The notes below the pieces were generated by a model. That model was not told the origin of the DNA and searched no databases. It worked only from the letters and a program-made list of their open reading frames with translations. A program made the position numbers and the translations under genes. From contig JARBTQ010000008.1 of NCBI GenBank assembly GCA_029240075.1, positions 2,284 through 66,283 of the forward strand: 64,000 bases of DNA, in the 5' to 3' direction. This document shows, in pieces, positions 30,219 to 39,020 of this stretch (within the stretch, counting starts at the first letter, position 1; the number at the start of each line of letters is the position of its first letter). The DNA is from Chlamydiales bacterium (GTDB lineage Bacteria > Chlamydiota > Chlamydiia > Chlamydiales > JARBTQ01).

Positions 30219-30377
30219 ATGTCAAGACACACAAGTTACGGAAAAAGCACTAAAGGCGTAAAAAAGCGTAATGTTTTAAAACGTTATGAAAGAATTGACG
30301 TTATGCGCAAATTAGGCACTTGGAAAGATGGCGATAATAAAAGAGTAACTGGTTTACCTAAAACTCCATCTGTATAA
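30219..30377 (+). CDS. small basic protein (52 aa), resembles the Chlamydiae/Verrucomicrobia small basic protein family
   Basis: Hand translation: MSRHTSYGKSTKGVKKRNVLKRYERIDVMRKLGTWKDGDNKRVTGLPKTPSV*. GGAAAAGAG is upstream of the ATG. The KRNVLKR.ER...R..G.W...D.RVTGLPKT pattern matches my recollection of the PVC small basic protein family (unverified). Confidence 0.5.
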   Translation: MSRHTSYGKSTKGVKKRNVLKRYERIDVMRKLGTWKDGDNKRVTGLPKTPSV

Positions 30378-30513
30378 TAAAGCTTTATCCTATTTAAAGG
30401 ATTCAGATTATACATCAGAGCAGACCTCTTGCAAAATGACGCATACAGAGGTCTATCTGACTAGCAAAAGTCAAAATCACCCCAAAATCTCATCCTCATT
30501 ACATTTTATAATT

Positions 30514-31008
30514 ATGCCCCATTTCCCCTCTTCAGACTCCCCCTCTATACTTGTTTCTGTTGAAAATGAACAAAAAGATCTTACCCTTTCTAACATGTTA
30601 AAAGATCAAGTCAGCGCAATTGTCCAGCAGGTCTTATTATTAGAAGAAGTAGAATACCATGAGGTCTCGCTCTATTTTACTGACAAAGAGACTATTAGCC
30701 AATTACATGCTGATTTCTTTGATGATCCCACTCCCACAGACTGTATTTCATTTCCGATGGATGATTCTGATGAGCAGGGTTATCGTGTTTTAGGAGAAGT
30801 TTTTGTTTGCCCTGCTGTAGCTATTGAATATGCACAAAGCCATTCTATAGATCCTTACGAAGAGACAACTCTTTATGTTGTACATGGATTGCTCCACCTA
30901 CTAGGATATGATGATATAGAAGAAAGTGACCGCTTAGAGATGCGCGCTGCAGAACAAAAGCATATAGACCATTTAAAACAGTTGAATTTATTGCTAAAGT
31001 CTGCGTAA
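30514..31008 (+). CDS. ybeY: rRNA maturation endoribonuclease YbeY
   Basis: Zinc-binding motif HGLLHLLGYDD and upstream TDCISFPMD. The track ORF starts at 30436. Met27 (30514) gives a YbeY-typical length of about 164 aa. Confidence 0.88.
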   Translation: MPHFPSSDSPSILVSVENEQKDLTLSNMLKDQVSAIVQQVLLLEEVEYHEVSLYFTDKETISQLHADFFDDPTPTDCISFPMDDSDEQGYRVLGEVFVCPAVAIEYAQSHSIDPYEETTLYVVHGLLHLLGYDDIEESDRLEMRAAEQKHIDHLKQLNLLLKSA

Positions 31009-31139
31009 ATTTCGCCCTTATACTTTTACCAATTCTAGTCTTTTAAAATTGGACTTATAAATGAGGTCAAAAAGACCCCATTTTAATTTTATGCACTAAC
31101 AGCTATTTTGCGTTCATACGTCTATTAGATATTTGCTTA

Positions 31140-32777
31140 CTATTTAGAACGTAATGATAAAGTTTTTTTAAGGATCAAATTGCTTATCTCATAACTTGCT
31201 GTTTCTAAAATTTCATATAAAGAACAAAATCCTTTTTTCTTATAATCGAGACATTCAAACAAGCAGCTCTGAATATAGGTTTGATCTAACAGCACTTTTA
31301 GGACTTCCTTGTGCCCTAATTGGGCAGCTTCCACAAGCAATCTATTTTTATTCTGGAAAAAAAGATCTGTTGTTGGCGGACTATAACTTAAAATATAGTC
31401 TCCCTGTGCAACCTCTAAAATTTTCTTTAGTATTTTAGGTTGGTTATTTGTACAGGCTAGATAGGCTAGAGAACGCATGATTTCAAATTTTGAACTTGAA
31501 TCATATTTTGCTGCTAATAGTGTAACTTCTAGTAAAGAAATTAATTCTTCAAATTTTTCAATATCCCCTTTTATAACTAAACTATTAAATCTAGCTTCTA
31601 GCATCTTGTATAAATTTATTCTATCTCTATTATAGTTTTGAGGTATGGATTTTAGAGTTGCTTTGATTGCAGGGTCATCCAATAGATCCTTTATACGTTT
31701 TGAATCACCCGAATGAAAAGCTAGAGTTAAAGGATAGTACGGAACAACCCTAGTAGAATTATTGCTCCATTGAAATCCAGTAGTTGTATCAAATTTTAGC
31801 TTGTTAAGTAATTCTATATTTTCTAAATCCTGTGCAGAAGGTACTGTCTTTAATTTTTTAAGGATTAAATCGCTTATCTCATAACTTGCTGTGTCTAAAA
31901 CTTCATGTAAAGAATCAAACATTTTCTTCTTAGGGTCTAGGCATTGCAATAGACAATTTTGGATATAAGTTTGATCTAATAGTAATTCTATAATTTCCTT
32001 ATGCCCTAGTTGAGCAGCTTCCACAAATAACCTAATATGACTAGGAGGGCACAATTCCACAGAATCGTGGTTCGTTGGAGGAGTGTAAGTTAAAACATAT
32101 TCCCCGCTTGCAACTTTTAAAATTTCTTGCAACATTTCAGGCTGATTATTTCTACAGGCTAGATGAGTCAACGACTTCATGATTTTATAATAGGCTGCAT
32201 GGTTGTGCTCATTCGCTGCTGTTAGCGTAGGTTTTAGTAAAGGAATTAAATTTTTAAATGTTTCAATATCCTCTTCTATAACTAAACTATTAAATCTAGC
32301 TTCTAGCATATTACATAAGTTTTTCCTTCTGTCATTGGAGCCAAGGGGCAAAGAATCAAGAGCCTCCTTGATCTCAGGCTTATCCAAGACAGTTTTTATA
32401 AGCTTTGAGTTTTTTGAATGAAAGGCTTGGATTAAAAGATAGTAGGGAGGCATCTTATAATTAACATTTTGAATCCATTCAAATGTCGTTGTTGCACTAA
32501 AACCTTTTACACTCAGTAGTAAATCTACATTTCTTAAATTTCCTTGTGATGCATATTTAGCTAAGTCTAAAGCAGCTTGCTCCCCCTTGCTTGCTTTAAC
32601 AATATTACCTATTGCAAGTTGTGCTATTCTATTAAATAACTTGTTTACTTGTGCGTGCAAAGCTAAATCTCCAAGCTTCATTAAACTCATTATTTTTACT
32701 TGTATATCTTGTGGTAACTTTTCAAATTTAAAATATTCTGGAGCAAAGCTTTCAATTTTACTATTATTCACGTTCAT
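31140..32777 (-). CDS. F-box-like protein built from two ~230-aa tandem repeats
   Basis: 545 aa. N-terminal EKLPQDIQVKIMSLMKLGDLALHAQVNKLFNRIAQ fits the F-box consensus, including the LP start. Residues ~85-310 and ~321-540 are collinear paralogous halves. Confidence 0.7.
   Translation of the reverse strand: MNVNNSKIESFAPEYFKFEKLPQDIQVKIMSLMKLGDLALHAQVNKLFNRIAQLAIGNIVKASKGEQAALDLAKYASQGNLRNVDLLLSVKGFSATTTFEWIQNVNYKMPPYYLLIQAFHSKNSKLIKTVLDKPEIKEALDSLPLGSNDRRKNLCNMLEARFNSLVIEEDIETFKNLIPLLKPTLTAANEHNHAAYYKIMKSLTHLACRNNQPEMLQEILKVASGEYVLTYTPPTNHDSVELCPPSHIRLFVEAAQLGHKEIIELLLDQTYIQNCLLQCLDPKKKMFDSLHEVLDTASYEISDLILKKLKTVPSAQDLENIELLNKLKFDTTTGFQWSNNSTRVVPYYPLTLAFHSGDSKRIKDLLDDPAIKATLKSIPQNYNRDRINLYKMLEARFNSLVIKGDIEKFEELISLLEVTLLAAKYDSSSKFEIMRSLAYLACTNNQPKILKKILEVAQGDYILSYSPPTTDLFFQNKNRLLVEAAQLGHKEVLKVLLDQTYIQSCLFECLDYKKKGFCSLYEILETASYEISNLILKKTLSLRSK
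31158..32525 (-). repeat. intragenic tandem duplication, period about 690-705 bp
   Basis: It is visible at DNA level: TTTTTAAGGATCAAATTGCTTATCTCATAACTTGCTGTTTCTAAAATTTCAT near 31165 versus TTTTTAAGGATTAAATCGCTTATCTCATAACTTGCTGTGTCTAAAACTTCAT near 31855. At protein level: EARFNSLVI, VEAAQLGHKE, LLDQTYIQ.CL and TASYEIS.LILKK occur in both halves. Confidence 0.85.
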
Positions 32778-33155
32778 AAAAAAACCTTAAAAAAAATTTC
32801 TATATATAAAATTTAACAAAAATAAATGTAAAAATATACGAATATAATAAAATTAATCAAAATACATGGAAGGAGCTTTTCAATCATTAAGATAAAATGA
32901 ACTTTCATATAGCACATGCGATTGGGGAGGTTAGCTCATGTTATCAAGATTTAGCTTGGATTGATGAAGTTGTGCACTCAACTGAAGCTGACTGCAATAG
33001 CCTCAAATTTTATTGCAATGTGAGCTTTGATTGCATATAATACTTACGCTTGCTAGTTACTTTACTAAAAAAAATATTTCCAAATATTTCGCAAATGAGC
33101 TAAATAGTCGGAAAATTTAAGAGTCAACCCTATAACCCGATTGTGTAGTAAAATT

Positions 33156-33623
33156 ATGACCCTCAAGAGTGAACGCCTAAAAAAATTAGAAGGAGAGCTA
33201 AACGATTTGGCCCAGTGGCTTAAGCTCAACCTTGTTCCTAAAAAAGAGATTGAAAAGCATAAAGCTGAGATGCAAAATTTAGAGGAAAAAATTGAGGAGG
33301 AAAAAAATCGATTACGAGCTCTCAAAGAGAGTGGCGAAGTTGAAGAATTCATTGCTCCTCGACGCAATATGGCTAAAAATGCTTATGCTGAAGCTCCGAC
33401 TATGGCTGATATAGACTTGGTTGAAGAAAGTGGTTTTACAGATATTTCAATGGACGCAGAACAAGATACTGTAGGTCTGACAACCTCTGCTGTAGAAGAT
33501 GATGATGACGATCGAGAAGAAAAAGAAGATCGTACGCGTTATGATGATGAAGATGATGATCCTTTTAGTGACCGCAATCGCTGGCGCCGTGGAATCAAAG
33601 ATCCAGATGATGATGAGTGGTAA
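33156..33623 (+). CDS. hypothetical coiled-coil protein with strongly acidic C-terminus
   Basis: MTLKSERLKKLEGELNDLAQWLK... is a coiled-coil N-terminal half. The C-terminal half is D/E-rich (EDDDDDREEKEDRTRYDDEDDDPFSDRNRWRRGIKDPDDDEW). The track start is at 33141. The 3' end overlaps the hemW start. Confidence 0.55.
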   Translation: MTLKSERLKKLEGELNDLAQWLKLNLVPKKEIEKHKAEMQNLEEKIEEEKNRLRALKESGEVEEFIAPRRNMAKNAYAEAPTMADIDLVEESGFTDISMDAEQDTVGLTTSAVEDDDDDREEKEDRTRYDDEDDDPFSDRNRWRRGIKDPDDDEW

Positions 33624-34770
33624 GAATTCCCCTGCAGAAGAGATCAGTCTGTATGTTCATGTTCCCTTCTGCAATCGCAAGTGTGATTATTGCCATTTTT
33701 ATGTACTACCCAATCAGGAAAGATATAAAGACATTTTGCTTAAAGGGCTTGAATTAGAGATTGAGAGGGTCAAGCCCAATGTCAACAACCAAACCTGTGT
33801 TTCTATTTACTTTGGTGGTGGAACTCCTTCATTATTTGGTCCAAACCGTGTTCAACAAGTCCTTAAACTAATTAAAAATACAGGTATTATTTTTTCTCCT
33901 CAGATCGAGGTTACCTTAGAAGCTAATCCTGATGAATTTAGTCCTGAACTTGCTTTTGAATATGCAGCCGCCGGCATTAATCGCCTAAGTATCGGAGTCC
34001 AATCATTTAACAATCAACTTTTACCTTTGTTATCACGACAGCATAGTGCAGAGCAAGCAATCAAAGCTGTACAATATGGAATACAAGCGGGGATCTCTAA
34101 TATCTCGATTGATTTAATGTATGACCTCCCACACCAAACCTTAATGCAATGGCAAGAATCTCTTGAAATTGCAGCTTCTCTCCCGATTACTCACCTGTCA
34201 CTTTATAATCTAACCATTGAGCCCCATACTGTTTTTTTTAAGAAACAAGATCTCATCCGCAAACAACTGCCAGAAGAAAAAGTTAGTACAACAATGTACC
34301 AAAGAGCAATTGAAGTTTTTGCAGCTCATGGACTACAGCAATATGAGATTTCAGCTTTTGCGCGTAATCAGCATATTTCTAAGCATAATATTGGCTATTG
34401 GACAGGTCGTAATTTTTGGGGATTAGGTCCTTCAGCGTTTAGTTATTGGCAGGGAAAGAGGTTCCGTAATGTAGCCAATCTCTACCGCTATCAACAATCT
34501 TTGGCTGCTGGAGTTTCTCCTATTGACTTTGAAGAAAAGCTACCTCCTGAAGAGAGCCTAAAAGAGCTTCTTGTGATTCAACTACGCTTGATGGAGGGAG
34601 TTCATTTAAAAAAATTTCAAGCTAAATACGGCTTACTGCCATCTGAGACACAAATTACTATTCAGAAACTTATAGAAACTGACTTCCTTCATTACCCATC
34701 ACCTCTTCAACTCTGCTTAACGACAAAAGGACGCCTTTTTTACGATAGTGTTGCCTCTGAGCTCATTTAA
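33607..34770 (+). CDS. hemW: radical SAM heme chaperone HemW / HemN-like protein
   Basis: LYVHVPFCNRKCDYCHFY (CxxxCxxC), GGGTPS and the HemN C-terminal domain. About 387 aa from the ATG triplet at 33607-33615. The longer track ORF from 33499 is an out-of-frame read through the upstream gene. Confidence 0.85.
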   Translation: MMMSGKNSPAEEISLYVHVPFCNRKCDYCHFYVLPNQERYKDILLKGLELEIERVKPNVNNQTCVSIYFGGGTPSLFGPNRVQQVLKLIKNTGIIFSPQIEVTLEANPDEFSPELAFEYAAAGINRLSIGVQSFNNQLLPLLSRQHSAEQAIKAVQYGIQAGISNISIDLMYDLPHQTLMQWQESLEIAASLPITHLSLYNLTIEPHTVFFKKQDLIRKQLPEEKVSTTMYQRAIEVFAAHGLQQYEISAFARNQHISKHNIGYWTGRNFWGLGPSAFSYWQGKRFRNVANLYRYQQSLAAGVSPIDFEEKLPPEESLKELLVIQLRLMEGVHLKKFQAKYGLLPSETQITIQKLIETDFLHYPSPLQLCLTTKGRLFYDSVASELI

Positions 34771-34796
34771 AAACTAAGTGTTGCTCAGAGACCTCC

Positions 34797-36674
34797 CTAA
34801 GAGTGAGTAACTTTAGGTGGATTAGGAAAAGTGATTGTAAAGCAGGAGCCTTTCTGGAACTCGCTACTTACAGTTAATTCCAAGTTAAGGAGGATACACA
34901 ATTGCTTTGAAATGTAAAGGCCTAAACCTGTTCCTGAGTGTCTACGATTGTATTTTTTATCAACTTGGTAAAACTTATCAAATAGCTTAGGTAATTTATC
35001 CTCTTTAATTCCTATTCCTGTATCTAAGATCTGAATAGATAAAGGGCGATCTGTACTCTCATCCCAAACTAATTCTATCTTCACGTAGCCTTCATCCGTG
35101 AATTTTATAGCATTACCTAAAAGATTAATTATAACCTGTTTCAGCTTGAACAAATCTGTCATATAGCGAAACTTTTTCGGTGGAATTATATAACTTAAAC
35201 TGAGGCTTTTTTCTAGTGCTTGGCCTCCTATCTCTTGTACTGTATCTAATATAAGCTGATTTAAACAAACCTGGCTAATTTCTAAGTGAGAGCTTCCATT
35301 TTCTATTTTGGAAATATCTAAGATACTTTCTATAAGCTTTAATAAATGCATTGAATTTTTAGTGATTCGTTCTAGATATAATGAGCATATTTTGCTATTG
35401 CTCATCTCAGGCTGCTCTGCAAGCAAGTTAGCAAAACCTATAATAGAATTCAGTGGTGTTCTTAGTTCATGACTAACATTAGCAATAAAATGGCTTTTCG
35501 CTTCACAAGCTTCCAAAGCTGCTTTTTGAGAATACAGCAATTCCTCATTAACTAATCTTTGCTTATGAATATCAATGATAATAGCAAAAACTTTTTCACT
35601 TCCAATTACCTGTCCTGGTGGTAAAGCTATTCTCCATAACAACCAGCGATAAGTTCCATCTTTACATAGAAAACGGTTTTCTATATCCATCACTTTTTGC
35701 GTTGTTACTACAGCTTGCCATGCTATTAATGTTGCCTGGTAATCATCTGGATGAACTAGGCTAAGGATCGTATGCTCTTTTAAATCATCTATCGAGTATC
35801 CTAAGATTTCACTGAATGCTGCATTAGTCTGCAAGAAACGAGCTTTTGTACTAGATATGACAAGAATTTGAGTAGAGCAGTTCCACAAGTAATCTAACTT
35901 TCGCTGTACTTGTTTTGATCGCGTAACATCGGTCAATATAACATAGATATCAGAGAGGGGGTTAGTATGATCAATTTTAGCACAAGAGGCCTCCATCTCT
36001 CTAATCATCCCACTTCTTTCTCTGATAAATATAATTTGATTATAAAGATATCCTTGCTGATTGAACTTAGAAAAGCGTTGCTCGTACTCCTCAATACTTA
36101 TACCTAACAATAGATTAAAGATATCAACCCCAATCACTTCTGCTCGGCTATATCCAAAAGCTTGTTCCCAAAGGTTATTGACATTTAAAATAATCCCTCT
36201 ATGGTCAACTACATGGGATATTGTTGGATTATTTTCATAAATAAGGCGGTAAAGGTGTTCTTTATCTTTCAAAGCTTTCGTTTGTTCTACAACTTTTGCA
36301 AACAATTCGACTAAGGTAACATCGTTTTGGGTAAATTCTGGGACCTGAGGATCCATAGAAACAAATCCCAGTACATATAGCTTATTTCCTAGAGTAGATA
36401 TGGGAGTACAGATTCCTCTTCTGACTTTTATAACATGATTCGCAGGCTTATAATGGCATTCAAAATTATATTCAATATAGGTCCTATTTTGTACAACCAT
36501 ATGGTACGCCATAGTTTCTACAAAAGGAGTTTTATATCCTGGGTTCACTTGGGGGTAAACTTCTGAATAATAATCTTCTAATAAAAAAGATTCTTCATCT
36601 TGACACCCTATATAAGCTGTGTCTGTCTTCAATAAACTACAGCCGAATTTTAGAATATCTGTTGTACTGTACAT
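34797..36674 (-). CDS. cytoplasmic sensor histidine kinase (GAF-like, 2x PAS, HisKA, HATPase_c), paralog 1
   Basis: 625 aa, no TM segment. H-box HFIANVSHELRTPLNSIIGF, N-box LLGNAIKFT, G1 ILDTGIGI, G2 GTGLGLYISKQL. PAS-like segments at ~140-250 and ~260-370. Confidence 0.85.
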   Translation of the reverse strand: MYSTTDILKFGCSLLKTDTAYIGCQDEESFLLEDYYSEVYPQVNPGYKTPFVETMAYHMVVQNRTYIEYNFECHYKPANHVIKVRRGICTPISTLGNKLYVLGFVSMDPQVPEFTQNDVTLVELFAKVVEQTKALKDKEHLYRLIYENNPTISHVVDHRGIILNVNNLWEQAFGYSRAEVIGVDIFNLLLGISIEEYEQRFSKFNQQGYLYNQIIFIRERSGMIREMEASCAKIDHTNPLSDIYVILTDVTRSKQVQRKLDYLWNCSTQILVISSTKARFLQTNAAFSEILGYSIDDLKEHTILSLVHPDDYQATLIAWQAVVTTQKVMDIENRFLCKDGTYRWLLWRIALPPGQVIGSEKVFAIIIDIHKQRLVNEELLYSQKAALEACEAKSHFIANVSHELRTPLNSIIGFANLLAEQPEMSNSKICSLYLERITKNSMHLLKLIESILDISKIENGSSHLEISQVCLNQLILDTVQEIGGQALEKSLSLSYIIPPKKFRYMTDLFKLKQVIINLLGNAIKFTDEGYVKIELVWDESTDRPLSIQILDTGIGIKEDKLPKLFDKFYQVDKKYNRRHSGTGLGLYISKQLCILLNLELTVSSEFQKGSCFTITFPNPPKVTHS

Positions 36675-36757
36675 TAGAACTTTTAGATAACTCCTTATTA
36701 ATTACTTTAAAACCGCCCCTACAAAAAGGTTTATACGGTAAGTTTATTACTAAAATT

Positions 36758-38635
36758 TCATGTGTAAATAATTTTAGGCTGCTTAGGAAAAAAGATGCTA
36801 AAGCAGGAACCTTTTGCAAATTGACTAGAAACAGATAATTCTAAACCCAATGCAACAGATAGCTGTTTAGAAATATATAACCCTAAACCTGTCCCTGAGT
36901 GCTTGCGACTGTATCCTTTACCAACTTGATAAAATTTATTAAATAATTTAGGTAGCTCATCTTCCTTGATGCCTATACCTGTGTCTGTAACCTGAATTGA
37001 TAATGAACGAGACAGATTGGGATTCCAGATAAGCTCTACGGTTATAGTCCCTTCTTCAGTAAATTTAATAGCATTAGCTAGTAAATTTATAAGGATCTGC
37101 TTAAGTTTGAATAAATCTGTTTGGTAAAAAAAATTTTCTTTAGGAATTAATGCTTTAATTTCTAATTTTTTTTCCAATGCCTGTCCAGTTATTTCGCTAA
37201 CAGTTTCCGCAATTAACTGATTCAAACAAATAGAATTTATTTCTAATCCTGAATCTCCACTTTCAATTTTAGAAATATCTAAAATACTTTCTATAAGTTT
37301 TAGTAGATGAGTTGAATTTTGATGAATACGCTCTAGATATAATGAGCATGGGATACTATTTCTTAGCTCTGGCTCTTCGGCTAATAAATTACTAAAGCCT
37401 ATAATGGAATTTAAAGGGGTTCTTAATTCATGGCTTACGCTTGTAATAAAATGGCTTTTAGCTTCAGAAGCTTCTAATGCAGCTTGTCTTGAGCAAAGCA
37501 ATTCTTCATTAATAAGTCTTTGCCTATGAATGTCAATAACAATGGCAAAAATTCTTTCATTACCTACAGGTTGCTCGAAAGGGGATGAAATACGCCAAAG
37601 CAACCAGCGGTAAGTACCGTCCTTACATAGACAACGAACTTCTATATCAATGACCCCTTGCTTAGTTACAACGTTATTCCAAGCTGCAAAAGTATGATCA
37701 TAGTGCTCTTGATGTACCAAATCAAAAACAGTAAGTTCTTTTAAGTCTTCTAGTGTATAACCTAAAATTTGGCTAAATGCTGAGTTCACTTGAATAAAAG
37801 AAGCTTCCTGATTAGAAATTACAAAGATTTCATTAGAACAGCTCCATAAGTAATCTAGCTTCCTTTGCGCTTGATTTGAATCTGTTATGTCTGTGAGGGT
37901 TACATAGATATCAGAATGTTCATTAGTAGGGTCAACGCGAATGCTAAATGACTCCATCTCTTGAATTTCACCCGTTTTTCTCCTAATATTTATCACGTTA
38001 TTGTAAAGATAACCCTGTTTGTTAAATTCAGAAAATCTGCGGTTAAATTCTTGCCGACTCATAGAGCAGATGAAATCGAAAATATCTTTTCCTATGACTT
38101 CATCTCGATTGTACCCGAACCATTCCTCCCAAAGGTTACTAATATTTAAAACAATTCCTTCATAATCTACTACATATGACATTGAAGGATTATGCTCATA
38201 AATTAAACGGTATAAGAGTTCTCTATCTTTCAGTAATAAAGTTTGCTCAATAATTTTCGCTAACAATTCTACAATTGCTATATCACTATCTGTAAATTCG
38301 GGAGCAGCTGAATTTGTAGATAGAAAAACTAAACCTCGTATTGATTTATCCGCTATAATAATAGGTGTACAAATATAGCGCCTAATCTTCATGGGGGGGT
38401 GGTTAGTGGAACTGTAGTCATATTCAAAATCATACCGGATTTTGGTCATTTTTTGAGAAGCTATCTGATAAGTTACAGATTTATTTAGAGGGACCTTCAT
38501 CTCGGTAATTTCAAAAGGATGTGTAGTATAAATGTATTGTACTACTGAAAAGTCTTCAATTTTCTCCGCTATATAACCTATATCAGCTTGCAAAATATTA
38601 CAGCCAAATTCCAGCATATTTTGAATATTATGCAC
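36758..38635 (-). CDS. cytoplasmic sensor histidine kinase (GAF-like, 2x PAS, HisKA, HATPase_c), paralog 2
   Basis: 625 aa and collinear with paralog 1, with motifs at identical residue numbers. H-box HFITSVSHELRTPLNSIIGF, N-box LLANAIKFT, G2 GTGLGLYISKQL. Confidence 0.85.
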   Translation of the reverse strand: MHNIQNMLEFGCNILQADIGYIAEKIEDFSVVQYIYTTHPFEITEMKVPLNKSVTYQIASQKMTKIRYDFEYDYSSTNHPPMKIRRYICTPIIIADKSIRGLVFLSTNSAAPEFTDSDIAIVELLAKIIEQTLLLKDRELLYRLIYEHNPSMSYVVDYEGIVLNISNLWEEWFGYNRDEVIGKDIFDFICSMSRQEFNRRFSEFNKQGYLYNNVINIRRKTGEIQEMESFSIRVDPTNEHSDIYVTLTDITDSNQAQRKLDYLWSCSNEIFVISNQEASFIQVNSAFSQILGYTLEDLKELTVFDLVHQEHYDHTFAAWNNVVTKQGVIDIEVRCLCKDGTYRWLLWRISSPFEQPVGNERIFAIVIDIHRQRLINEELLCSRQAALEASEAKSHFITSVSHELRTPLNSIIGFSNLLAEEPELRNSIPCSLYLERIHQNSTHLLKLIESILDISKIESGDSGLEINSICLNQLIAETVSEITGQALEKKLEIKALIPKENFFYQTDLFKLKQILINLLANAIKFTEEGTITVELIWNPNLSRSLSIQVTDTGIGIKEDELPKLFNKFYQVGKGYSRKHSGTGLGLYISKQLSVALGLELSVSSQFAKGSCFSIFFPKQPKIIYT

Positions 38636-39008
38636 AGCTACCTACTCTATCTATCCAATGGGCAATCGTAGTTCTAAATGATTTAAAATCAATGATTGGC
38701 TTAGCTATATAATCATCGAACCCCTGCTGAAGATAGTAATCCCTATGTTCTTTCATAGCATGAGCTGTAGAGGCTATAATAGGCATAGTATAATTTGGAT
38801 TTTCTTTAATTCTACGTAAGATCTCAATCCCATCCAGTAAAGGTAGAGAAATATCCAACAAAATAAGGTCGGGGAGGTTGACTCCTATCCCTTGTAAACC
38901 ATCAATTCCATTGACATATTCATGGACTTCATACATGGGAGATAAAATAGCTGTTAACAAAAGTCGGTTGTCTCGATTATCCTCTATAATTGCAATTTTC
39001 TTTTTCAT
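38628..39008 (-). CDS. single-domain response regulator (CheY-like receiver)
   Basis: 126 aa. Acidic pair IIEDN, phospho-acceptor LILLDISLP, T in IASTAH, K in YIAKP. No output domain. It overlaps the start of the downstream kinase by 8 nt. Confidence 0.9.
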   Translation of the reverse strand: MKKKIAIIEDNRDNRLLLTAILSPMYEVHEYVNGIDGLQGIGVNLPDLILLDISLPLLDGIEILRRIKENPNYTMPIIASTAHAMKEHRDYYLQQGFDDYIAKPIIDFKSFRTTIAHWIDRVGSCA

Positions 39009-39020
39009 AAATATAAAGCT

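Noticed and set aside
32897-33040. 47-aa Cys-containing ORF (MNFHIAHAIGEVSSCYQDLAWIDEVVHSTEADCNSLKFYCNVSFDCI) in the spacer upstream of the acidic protein gene.
   Set aside because: It has no convincing RBS, is very short and has no recognisable family. It could be a gene relic, but the evidence is insufficient to call a feature.
33065-33367. 100-aa minus-strand ORF rich in S/F/L/R.
   Set aside because: It is antisense to the coiled-coil/acidic protein gene. Its composition mirrors the K/E-rich sense strand.
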